A DNA stretch of 64,000 bases, taken from an uncultured delta proteobacterium (lineage in GTDB: Bacteria > Myxococcota_A > Polyangia > Fen-1088). A program made the position numbers and the translations under genes. This document shows positions 38,864-46,982 of the stretch, piece by piece; position 1 is the stretch's first letter; each line of letters begins with the position of its first letter. Below the pieces are notes generated by a model. It made no database searches. It was not told where the DNA came from and worked only from the letters and a program-made list of their open reading frames with translations. The stretch is taken from the NCBI GenBank assembly GCA_963755125.1, contig CAVWIP010000011.1:73304-137303 (forward strand), read 5' to 3'.

Positions 38864-39610
38864 TTGTTCGGAACTACCGCGCCACTTCTGGCAATTCTGC
38901 CTGTCGCCACGACACTTGTGGGGTGCTCGCATATGCAGTTTCCAGTCTTGCCGGCTGCCCGAGTTGCCGCTGATCGCTCGCTCGACATGCGCGGCAGGAC
39001 GATTGCGGTGTTCATCATCTATCACGCCCGCAAGATGCTCACCGGCATGCAGGACGGCCAGGTGCTGGAACTGGTGACCGACGCCTATGATGCCGTGGAC
39101 AGCGAGATTCGCGCCTGGTGTCACGCGACCCATCAGACGCTGCGGCAAGCGGAGCCGGGACCGGGCCTGGTCCGCTACTACATAGAGAAGGTGCCCTTCA
39201 GGCCGAGCGGAAACAAGTTGGCGATGGTGATCTCGAACCCGGGCCTTGAAGAACTGCTGACCCCACTCGGCCTGGCGCTCACAGCGGCGCTGTCGGGCAG
39301 CGATGTTCACTTGGTTTTTCAGGGGCCTGCGGTGCGGGTTCTCAAGCAAGGATTCTCAGCCAAGCTGTCCGGTTGGAGCTGGCCGTTCAGCGGGTTTGCG
39401 CGTGACGGACTAGCTGAAGCCGGCCACTTGCCACCGCAGGACAAGCTGGCCCAGTTGCGCGAACTGGGCGCCAAGATCTATGTCTGCGGTCCGTCCATGG
39501 ACCACTTCGGGGTCAGTCGCAGTGAGCTCGCCTTCCCCGACGTCATCGTCGGAGAGTACGCGGTCTTCCTGGGCGCCATGGCAGGAGCTGACCTCACCAT
39601 AGTCCTGTAG
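38864..39610 (+). CDS. TusA-like (lacking CPxP Cys) + DsrE/DsrF-like fusion protein, possible lipoprotein signal
   Basis: LELVTDAYDAVDSEIRAWCHATHQTL...YYIEK parallels TusA LEVLATDPGS..DIPAWCR..GH. The C-terminal half resembles DsrE/DsrF (MVISNPGLEELLTPLGLALTAALSG...IYVCGPSM). TTG start with an LVGC lipobox-like segment; the start is uncertain. Confidence 0.5.
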   Translation: MFGTTAPLLAILPVATTLVGCSHMQFPVLPAARVAADRSLDMRGRTIAVFIIYHARKMLTGMQDGQVLELVTDAYDAVDSEIRAWCHATHQTLRQAEPGPGLVRYYIEKVPFRPSGNKLAMVISNPGLEELLTPLGLALTAALSGSDVHLVFQGPAVRVLKQGFSAKLSGWSWPFSGFARDGLAEAGHLPPQDKLAQLRELGAKIYVCGPSMDHFGVSRSELAFPDVIVGEYAVFLGAMAGADLTIVL

Positions 39611-39630
39611 CGCAGAAGAGTTCTCTTGCC

Positions 39631-39660
39631 TTGACCCGTATATTCGGCTATACGAATATA
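39631..39660 (+). promoter_or_regulatory. Putative ars promoter/operator: TTGACC -35 followed by dyad TATATTCG-N6-CGAATATA
   Basis: Perfect 8-bp inverted arms, AT-rich, 10 nt upstream of the arsR2 start. Confidence 0.5.
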
Positions 39661-39670
39661 TGGGTGACGC

Positions 39671-40084
39671 ATGAAAGACGCGGCTCTGTTCTTCAAGATT
39701 CTTGCCGACGAGGCACGGCTCAAGATCATCTGGCTGCTCTTTCACCATGACGAGCTGTGCGTGTGCGACGTCATGGCGGCGCTCGGCATCACGCAATCCA
39801 AGGCTTCGCGGCACCTGGCCACGCTCAAGCACGCGGGTCTGGTGACCGACCGGAAGGACGGTCTTTGGTCGCACTACGCGCTCCGGCCGGCGAAAGACGG
39901 GCTGGCCCAAACCCATCTCGAACTTCTGCGGCGCAGCCTGGCCGACAGACCTGATGCGGCTTCGCTTCTGAAGACGCTGCGCCGTTGGCTTCACGGCAAG
40001 AACCGCAGCGTGGCCTGCGCCAAAGCCTCCGCCCGTGCCGCCAAGAGGAAGACCACGACACGGCAACGAGGGGCAGCTCGATGA
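39671..40084 (+). CDS. arsR: ArsR/SmtB family transcriptional repressor (copy 2)
   Basis: [44 protein letters not shown], with the ELCVCD As(III) site. Confidence 0.85.
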   Translation: MKDAALFFKILADEARLKIIWLLFHHDELCVCDVMAALGITQSKASRHLATLKHAGLVTDRKDGLWSHYALRPAKDGLAQTHLELLRRSLADRPDAASLLKTLRRWLHGKNRSVACAKASARAAKRKTTTRQRGAAR

Positions 40085-41160
40085 CTCGTCAGACGGCAGC
40101 AACTCAGGGCGTAACGAAGGGGCTGTCGTTTCTTGACCGCTTTTTGACGGTTTGGATCTTCCTCGCCATGGCGGTTGGAGTTGGCGGCGGGTATCTGTTC
40201 CCCGGCATTGTCCCTCTAGTCAATCGATTCAACGTTGGGACGACCAACATCCCCATCGCCATCGGTCTCATCCTGATGATGTACCCGCCGCTAGCCAAGG
40301 TCCGCTACGAGGAGATGGGGCCGGTCTTCCGCAACTTCAAGGTGCTCGGGCTTTCGCTCATCCAGAACTGGGTGATCGGTCCGATCCTGATGTTCGGTCT
40401 GGCCGTGCTCTTCCTGCACGACAAGCCCGAGTACATGGTTGGGCTCATTCTGATCGGCCTTGCCCGCTGCATCGCCATGGTCATCGTGTGGAACGATTTG
40501 GCCAAGGGCGACAGCGAGTACTGCGCCGGCCTTGTTGCCCTCAACTCGATCTTCCAGGTGCTCTTCTTTTCGGTCTCCGCCTACGTCTTCATCACCATTC
40601 TCCCGACCTGGTTCGGCCTGAACGGCGTGCTGGTGAACATCACCATCGGCGAGATCGCCAAGACCGTCTTCATCTACCTCGGCATCCCCTTCATCGCCGG
40701 GGTGGTCACGCGGTTCTCGTTGATCAAGTTGAAGAGCAAGGACTGGTATCATACGGCGTTCATCCCGAAGATCAGCCCCATCACGCTCATTGCGCTGCTT
40801 TTCACCATCCTGGTGATGTTCTCGCTCAAGGGCGCATACATCGTGCAGCTTCCGTTTGACGTCGTGCGGATCGCCATCCCGCTGCTCATCTACTTCGTGT
40901 TGATGTTCTTCCTCTCCTTCTTCATGTCGAAGAAGGTGGGCGCGACCTACGGCCAGGCGACGACGCTGTCATTCACGGCGGCCTCTAACAACTTCGAGCT
41001 CGCCATCGCGGTAGCCATCGCGACCTTCGGGATTAACCACGGCGCCGCCTTCGCTGCCGTCATCGGCCCGCTTGTGGAGGTGCCAGTCATGATCGGTCTG
41101 GTCAACGTCGCGCTCTGGCTGGGGCGTAGGTACTACCGCACGCAGGAGGCTTCCACATGA
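40081..41160 (+). CDS. acr3: ACR3 family arsenite efflux transporter
   Basis: About 10 TM helices. N-terminal [13 protein letters not shown]...[12 protein letters not shown] is typical of Acr3. ATG overlaps the arsR2 stop (ATGA). Confidence 0.85.
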   Translation: MTRQTAATQGVTKGLSFLDRFLTVWIFLAMAVGVGGGYLFPGIVPLVNRFNVGTTNIPIAIGLILMMYPPLAKVRYEEMGPVFRNFKVLGLSLIQNWVIGPILMFGLAVLFLHDKPEYMVGLILIGLARCIAMVIVWNDLAKGDSEYCAGLVALNSIFQVLFFSVSAYVFITILPTWFGLNGVLVNITIGEIAKTVFIYLGIPFIAGVVTRFSLIKLKSKDWYHTAFIPKISPITLIALLFTILVMFSLKGAYIVQLPFDVVRIAIPLLIYFVLMFFLSFFMSKKVGATYGQATTLSFTAASNNFELAIAVAIATFGINHGAAFAAVIGPLVEVPVMIGLVNVALWLGRRYYRTQEAST

Positions 41161-41573
41161 AGGGCATCCTTTTCCTTTGCGTGGCCAACTCGGCCCGCAG
41201 CCAGATGGCCGAGGGGATTGCCCGAACATTGGCCCCGGCGGGAACCAAGGTATGGTCTGCTGGCTCGCGCCCCACCGGCGTTCGGGCCGAGGCGATCGCG
41301 GTGCTCAAGGAAATCGGCATAGACATCTCTGAACAGCGGGCGAAGGCAGTCGCGGAGATCCCGGCGGCCGAGGTCGACACGGTCATCACCCTGTGCGGCG
41401 AGGAGGAGTGCCCAGTGTTTCTCGGAAAGGCCACGCGACTGCATTGGGGCTTGCCTGATCCTGCGGCGGCGAAGGGATCGGAAGCGGAGCGCCTGGACGC
41501 CTTTCGCAAGGTGCGCGACGAACTGCGCCGGCGGATCGCTGACCTCCTTGCGCAATTTGCATCGAGCAGGTGA
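41157..41573 (+). CDS. arsC: Arsenate reductase, LMW-PTP type (copy 2)
   Basis: [20 protein letters not shown] has the C-x5-R P-loop. Overlaps the acr3 stop. Confidence 0.85.
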   Translation: MKGILFLCVANSARSQMAEGIARTLAPAGTKVWSAGSRPTGVRAEAIAVLKEIGIDISEQRAKAVAEIPAAEVDTVITLCGEEECPVFLGKATRLHWGLPDPAAAKGSEAERLDAFRKVRDELRRRIADLLAQFASSR

Positions 41574-41671
41574 TGATGGTCCTTGGATTGCAGCACCGAT
41601 TGCCTCTCCCCTGCAGCCACGATGCAGGGGCTCATCGCCCTGCTCCTTGCCAAGAACGAATACGCCCCACT

Positions 41672-42487
41672 ATGAGTACCGCTCGTCATCTGCTCGCGCT
41701 GGCTTGTGTGCTTGTCACTGTCGCATGCTCGAGCCGGACTAGAAACAGCGCCGCGTCCCACGTTGGCGGCGCACACGCCGCCGCCGCAACGGCTGCGCCA
41801 ACCACTGATGAAGCCGCCGTCTCAAATGGACAGATGGTGGCAGCGCACGATCCATCCCACCCGCCCATCGACTGTCCCCTGCGCAAGCAGGGCCTCGACT
41901 CGGCCCAACTGCGGCCATTCAAAGACACCGCACGCTACATAGCGTTTCTCGAACGCCCTGACCGGGCTGCCTGGCAGAAGCCCGATGCAGTGGTGGCGGC
42001 TCTGGGGCTGACCGGCAAGGAGATCATCGTCGATATCGGAGCCGGCTCTGGCTATTTTTCTTTCCGACTTGCGCGAGCCGTGCCGCAAGGAAAGGTGATC
42101 GCGCTGGACGTGGAGCCCGAGATGATCCGCCACGTCCACCACAAGGCGATGACCGAGGGTGTGCGCAATGTGCAGGTGGCCTTCGCCAAACCCGACGATC
42201 CCGGCGTCCCTTTGGAGGCTGACCTCGTCTTCATGTGCGACGTGCTTCACCACATCCAGGATCGCCCAGCATGGCTGGCCAAGCTCGCCAAGGAGATGCA
42301 CACGGGAGCCCGGCTTGCGCTGGTCGAGTTCAAAGAAGGCGAGCTGCCCGAGGGTCCGCCGGAGGCGGTGAAGCTATCGCGGGCACAACTCGTGACTCTG
42401 GTCACCGGCGCCGGCCTCGCACTCGACAGCGAAAAGCCGGATCTGCTCCCGTACCAGACCTTTCTCGTCTTCCGCAAAGCGCGCTGA
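41672..42487 (+). CDS. Lipoprotein-signal class I SAM-dependent methyltransferase
   Basis: Signal/lipobox LLALACVLVTVAC|SS. SAM motif IVDIGAGSGYFSF...VIALDVEPEM. The track ORF starts at 41570. Confidence 0.6.
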   Translation: MSTARHLLALACVLVTVACSSRTRNSAASHVGGAHAAAATAAPTTDEAAVSNGQMVAAHDPSHPPIDCPLRKQGLDSAQLRPFKDTARYIAFLERPDRAAWQKPDAVVAALGLTGKEIIVDIGAGSGYFSFRLARAVPQGKVIALDVEPEMIRHVHHKAMTEGVRNVQVAFAKPDDPGVPLEADLVFMCDVLHHIQDRPAWLAKLAKEMHTGARLALVEFKEGELPEGPPEAVKLSRAQLVTLVTGAGLALDSEKPDLLPYQTFLVFRKAR

Positions 42488-42650
42488 GGGTGCCCTGGAA
42501 AGCGGACTTGACCGACGCCGTGCTATCCGAGAAATCATCGCCTCACATGGTGCCCGTCGGCAAGGTTGCGTTTATCAGGGACCGCTGTCCTAGGATCGGG
42601 AGAGAGCCATCGGTCTGACCCGCCTCCTATTTCAGTTGTAACGAACACCT

Positions 42651-43427
42651 TCATTGCAAAGAAGGGCCAGCGGCCGTGCCCAGGACGGTCGGTAAGGAAA
42701 ACAGTCTGCGGGCGAATGACGTGGGCGGGGCTTTGCGCACGTCGCCCAGCAAACCGCAAGCGACCACCTGACCCTTTTCAAGCACCGCCACGCGGCTGGC
42801 AAGGGCTTCGACATCGGTGGCGTCGTGGGTGACGAGAATGGTGGGCAAGCCGAGGGAACGAATGGACTCGGCCAGGAACGCGCGCACCTCGACGCGGGCC
42901 TCGACATCTAGCGAAGCCGTGGGCTCATCGAGCAGCAGCGCCTTGGGAGAGGAAGCCAGTGCCCGCGCGAGTGCGACCCGCTGCCGTTCACCGCCGGAAA
43001 GCTGCGATGGATTCCGCCCGGCCAGATTGCCGATTGCGAAACGCTCTAGCCACGTCATGGCCTCGTCGCGCCGTTGCTTTGCGCTGGCCCGCTGCGAACG
43101 ACACGCGAGCGCGAAGGCGACGTTATCGATGGCGGTGAGATGGGGAAACAGTCCAAAGTCCTGTGGCAGGTAGGCAAGGTGGCGATCTTCAGTGGGAAGA
43201 TCGATGGCCAGAGCCGCATCGAAGAGAACCTCGTCGGACAGCACGATGCGGCCGCGCTCAGGCCTGCGCAGACCCAGGACGGTCAGCAGCAAGCTGGTCT
43301 TGCCCGACCCGTTCGGCCCGACCAGGGCCAGCAGCTCGGCACTAACCTCCAGTGAGGCTTGCAGCGAGAATGCTCCCAGTGTGGCTTGCACGGCGATGGA
43401 GAGTCGAGGAACGGGATTTCCCGTCAT
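42651..43427 (-). CDS. modC: Molybdate ABC transporter ATP-binding protein
   Basis: Walker A GPNGSGKTS, signature LSGGERQRV, Walker B LLLDEP. Lies in an operon with modB and modA. Confidence 0.8.
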   Translation of the reverse strand: MTGNPVPRLSIAVQATLGAFSLQASLEVSAELLALVGPNGSGKTSLLLTVLGLRRPERGRIVLSDEVLFDAALAIDLPTEDRHLAYLPQDFGLFPHLTAIDNVAFALACRSQRASAKQRRDEAMTWLERFAIGNLAGRNPSQLSGGERQRVALARALASSPKALLLDEPTASLDVEARVEVRAFLAESIRSLGLPTILVTHDATDVEALASRVAVLEKGQVVACGLLGDVRKAPPTSFARRLFSLPTVLGTAAGPSLQ

Positions 43428-44257
43428 GGCGTCGCCGCCCCACGCGCGGCTTCAAATCCGCGATTGAATCGCCGCAAGACGAGCAAGAGAGCAAAGGCGA
43501 ACACGACCAACAAGAGCGACAAAGCCTGCGCGGTATGGATGTCGAGTTCCAGAGCGGTGTAAATCGCGAGCGGCAGGGTCTGCGTCTTTCCCGTCATGTT
43601 CCCCGCGAACATCAACGTGGCACCAAATTCCCCCAGCGCGCGTGCCCAGCTCATGGCCGCCCCACCGATCAGCCAGGGGCGGGCGAGCGGTAGCGCCACT
43701 CGAAAAAACAGGCGCGGCGGCGAGGCGCCCAGGCTTCGCGCCACGGCCAGCAAATTGGGATCCAACCGGCCAAAGGCCTGCACCGCGGCCTGCAGGAAGA
43801 ACGGTGCCGAAACAAAGACCTGCGCCATGATCACTGCGACCACGCTGAAAGCAGGCGTCCAGCCCAGGCGTTCGAGGATTCCACCGAAGAGTCCGCGTCG
43901 CCCGAAGGCGAGGAGCAGCGCAATGCCGCCCACTGCGGGCGGAATCACCACGGGAAGCTGCAACAGGATCTCCAGCCAGCGCGCCGAACGCCAGCGCGAA
44001 CGCGCCAGCCACCAGGCGAGAGGTGTGCCACCCACGACCACCAACACAACCGAGATCAGAGTCGTTCCAAGGCTCAGGCGCAGCGCGGGCCAGGTCAAGG
44101 AACAGCCGAGACCACGCCAGATGGTTTCGGGCCCACCGTCGAGAACCAGGGCCACGAAGGGCAGTACGATGAAGAGCAACAAGAGGCCGCCCATGCCCAG
44201 CATGACCGCGCTGTACAGGCGACGACTTCTCGCCCGAGACAGAACCGTTTGGCTCAC
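43424..44257 (-). CDS. modB: Molybdate ABC transporter permease
   Basis: 6 TM helices with an EAA-like loop (ARSLGASPPRLFFRVALPLARP). 4-nt overlaps with both neighbours. Confidence 0.8.
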   Translation of the reverse strand: MSQTVLSRARSRRLYSAVMLGMGGLLLLFIVLPFVALVLDGGPETIWRGLGCSLTWPALRLSLGTTLISVVLVVVGGTPLAWWLARSRWRSARWLEILLQLPVVIPPAVGGIALLLAFGRRGLFGGILERLGWTPAFSVVAVIMAQVFVSAPFFLQAAVQAFGRLDPNLLAVARSLGASPPRLFFRVALPLARPWLIGGAAMSWARALGEFGATLMFAGNMTGKTQTLPLAIYTALELDIHTAQALSLLLVVFAFALLLVLRRFNRGFEAARGAATP

Positions 44258-45063
44258 TTCTTCCCTTGTTGCTCGACCTGGTTGAAGCCGGCCTCGACCA
44301 ACGCCTCTTGCCCTTCCTTGGACAGGACAAGTTTCACAAATGCGCGCGCCAGATCGGGATGAGGCGCGGCCTTCAAGACAGCGATCGGGTACTCGGCCAC
44401 GATGTTGATCTGCTTGGGAATCTCGATGATCTGGACCTTGTCGGGCATGGTCAACGCGTCGGTCTTGTACACGATACCGGCGTCGGCTTCACCCAACGCA
44501 ACCTTGGTCAATACCTGCCGCACGTTCAGCTCGCGCGAGCGCACTCGCGCAAGGATCTGTTCGTGGAGGGACTTGCCGTAGAGCTTCTCAGACGCCGCAA
44601 AGATGGCCTCGGTGTAGGCCCCGATCGGCACCTCGGCCGCACCCACCACCAGGTGTGTGGTCTTGGGCAGATCCGCGAAGCTGCGCAATTTGGCCGGGTT
44701 GTTCTTGGGCACGACCACGACTGGCAGATTGCGAGCGAAGACCACTGGCTCGACAACCACCTCTCTATCTGCCAGCAGCTTCATGTGCTTCCAGTCTGCC
44801 GAGGCAAACACGTCGACCTTGGCACCCTGTTCAATCTGCACGCGCAAATCCTGGCTGCCTGCGAAGTTGAAACGAACCTTCGAGTTTGGGTGGCGCTTCC
44901 CGAAAGTCAGCGCGACGTTCTGCAAAACCTCGTGCAGCGACGCGGCCGCATACACCACGACCTCCTGCGCCTCGCCGTCACTCGCCCGAATTGTAGAAAG
45001 TGGCGCAATCGAACAGGCGCCAACCAGGGCTATGACAGCGAATTCGCGACGATTCATGCACAC
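44254..45063 (-). CDS. modA: Molybdate-binding periplasmic protein
   Basis: VVVYAAASLHEVLQNVALTF...FAGSQDLRVQIEQGAKVDVFASAD parallels E. coli ModA (VFAAASL...SS..LARQIEAGAPADLFISAD). Signal peptide present. Confidence 0.85.
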   Translation of the reverse strand: MCMNRREFAVIALVGACSIAPLSTIRASDGEAQEVVVYAAASLHEVLQNVALTFGKRHPNSKVRFNFAGSQDLRVQIEQGAKVDVFASADWKHMKLLADREVVVEPVVFARNLPVVVVPKNNPAKLRSFADLPKTTHLVVGAAEVPIGAYTEAIFAASEKLYGKSLHEQILARVRSRELNVRQVLTKVALGEADAGIVYKTDALTMPDKVQIIEIPKQINIVAEYPIAVLKAAPHPDLARAFVKLVLSKEGQEALVEAGFNQVEQQGKK

Positions 45064-45315
45064 CTACTTGGTCTTTGATTGAAGCACTTGGAGGAACTGC
45101 GTTGCCACTGAAGCTGCCGAAGCCTGGTCGGCATACCCGGTCAATTGCACTTCGAAATACGACGCATTGAAATGGGCGTAAGCAGTGATGCCGCCCAGTA
45201 CCGAAACCCCGATCGCGGCCGACACATCAAACTGCGGAATCGGAACAGCGGCCGAATTGAGTCCCTGCTCATACGTGAACATCGACGTGGCGTTGGCAGC
45301 TGTGCCGAAGTCCAT
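45064..45315 (-). CDS. Small hypothetical protein (83 aa) immediately upstream of modA with no gap
   Basis: ATG at 45315; the stop abuts the modA start. Beta-rich sequence MDFGTAANATSMFTYEQGLN... Confidence 0.35.
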   Translation of the reverse strand: MDFGTAANATSMFTYEQGLNSAAVPIPQFDVSAAIGVSVLGGITAYAHFNASYFEVQLTGYADQASAASVATQFLQVLQSKTK

Positions 45316-45329
45316 GATGCTATCCAAAG

Positions 45330-45375
45330 TATTTGACGTTCCGGCCTTGCGCAAGCATATTTGACGTGATGTCAA
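45330..45375 (+). promoter_or_regulatory. Divergent mod promoter region: direct repeat TATTTGACGT x2 (28-bp spacing) plus dyad TTGAC-N5-GTCAA
   Basis: Lies between the minus-strand small-ORF/modABC operon and the regulator gene on the plus strand. AT-rich. Confidence 0.45.
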
Positions 45376-46550
45376 GCAAACCTGACACGGCGAAAACGGG
45401 CAAGTCGCCCACGATTCGCAGCTCGCTGAAGGAGTTTCGCCTGGCTCGCGGGCTGAGCCAGCTTGAGCTGGCGAGCAAGATCGGCCTGTCGCGGCAGAGC
45501 CTGTGCGCGTTGGAGGGCGGCCATGTGGTCCCAGGGACGGACGTCGCACTCCGCCTCGCCCTGGTTCTCGGCTGTCGGATCGAGTCCTTGTTTTGTCTCA
45601 ACCTTCCGCCGACTTCGCTGCAGGCGACTATCGCGGCCGCGCCCTCGGCGCTCGAGTCAAGCGGCCCACGTGTCTCACTGGCTGAGATCGACGGGCGGTG
45701 GGTCGCGCATCCCATCGATCCGCGGCGCAGCGAGTCCCTTTTCCGTGCTGCCGATGGCCTGGTGGTTCCTTGGCCGCGGCCGCGCGGCAGCGCACGAACA
45801 GTTTGCATCGAGCCGCTGGGAGACATTGAGACTGTCCGCCGGCGGCTGGTGGTCATGGGCTGTGCGCCAGCGCTGGGGATGCTCGCCGCAAGGCTCGGTC
45901 AGGAGCCGGCAGGGATCCATATCTCGTGGGTGCAGGGCTCGAGCATGGCGGCGCTCGATGCTCTCGCGAGAGGCGAGGTACACATCGCCGGCCTTCACCT
46001 GTGCGACGAGGCGACCCATGAATTCAACGTCCCGTTCGTTCGACGCGCGCTTCCAGGCCGCGCGATGCTTTTCGTCAACTTCGCCTCGTGGGAGCAGGGA
46101 ATCGTCGTTCGTGCTGGCAATCCGCTCGGGGTCCGGGGCGCGGAAGATCTCGTGAATCCAAGAATCCGTCTGGTCCAGCGTGAGCCAGGTGCGGGAGCGC
46201 ACAAGCTGCTCGAACAAGCGCTCAGAGCCAAGCGGGTGCCATTGGGGACTGTGCGCGGTCGGGGAGGCGTGGCCCTCGGACATATGGAAGTCGCTCAGGC
46301 GATCGCCATGGGCGCAGCCGACGCGGGAATCGCTATTCGGGGCGCTGCGGCTGCCTTCGGGCTGGGATTCGTTCCGCTCGCGGTGGAGCGTTTCGATCTG
46401 GTGATTCCTCGTGTACTGGCAACCGATCCGAGGGTCGAGCGTCTAGTGGACGCGCTGGGGAGCACGACCTTCCGGCGCGAACTGGACACCGTGGGCGGGT
46501 ACATCACGCACGAGTCAGGGCAGCAGGTCGGTGAGACCCGCGCCCGTTGA
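45369..46550 (+). CDS. XRE-type HTH transcriptional regulator with C-terminal periplasmic-binding-protein-like (PBP_like) domain
   Basis: HTH segment LKEFRLARGLSQLELASKIGLSRQSLCALEGG. The C-terminal ~250 aa resemble a substrate-binding fold. The track start at 45333 would overlap the operator repeats; the ATG at 45369 was chosen. Confidence 0.65.
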   Translation: MSSKPDTAKTGKSPTIRSSLKEFRLARGLSQLELASKIGLSRQSLCALEGGHVVPGTDVALRLALVLGCRIESLFCLNLPPTSLQATIAAAPSALESSGPRVSLAEIDGRWVAHPIDPRRSESLFRAADGLVVPWPRPRGSARTVCIEPLGDIETVRRRLVVMGCAPALGMLAARLGQEPAGIHISWVQGSSMAALDALARGEVHIAGLHLCDEATHEFNVPFVRRALPGRAMLFVNFASWEQGIVVRAGNPLGVRGAEDLVNPRIRLVQREPGAGAHKLLEQALRAKRVPLGTVRGRGGVALGHMEVAQAIAMGAADAGIAIRGAAAAFGLGFVPLAVERFDLVIPRVLATDPRVERLVDALGSTTFRRELDTVGGYITHESGQQVGETRAR

Positions 46551-46665
46551 AGGGCCGCCGCGGACGCCACCACAGAAATGGTCACCGGCAGCTACGCCCC
46601 AACATCCAATGCTGATAGGAGTAGGGGCAGAGTCGACAACCACTTGCAGGAGAGGGGAGCTCAGC

Positions 46666-46869
46666 ATGAACCTCAGCGCGCGAAATCAGCTCAAGGGGAC
46701 CATCAAGAGCATCAAGAAGGGAGACCTCATGGCCGAGGTGGTCGTCGAGATTAGCGGTCAGGATCTCGTGTCGGTCATCACCGCAAGCTCGGCGGACCGT
46801 CTGGGCCTCAAGACGGGCGATGCGATCGCCGCGGTCATCAAGGCCACCGAAGTGATGATCGCGAAGTAG
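46666..46869 (+). CDS. mop: Mop/TOBE molybdate-binding domain protein
   Basis: MNLSARNQLKGTIKSIKKGDLMAEVVVEISGQDLVSVITASSADRLGLKTGDAIAAVIKATEVMI is a classical 67-aa Mop domain. AGGAGAGGGGA RBS before the ATG. Confidence 0.85.
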   Translation: MNLSARNQLKGTIKSIKKGDLMAEVVVEISGQDLVSVITASSADRLGLKTGDAIAAVIKATEVMIAK

Positions 46870-46982
46870 CCCGCCGGGCGAGCGCCAGCGTTTCGCGAAA
46901 CAGCAGATCCTCGGTTTGCCTCCGGCGGGATGAGCGGAGCCGCAGCCCGAGAGGTTTCGATGTACTATCTCTCGCTCCATTC

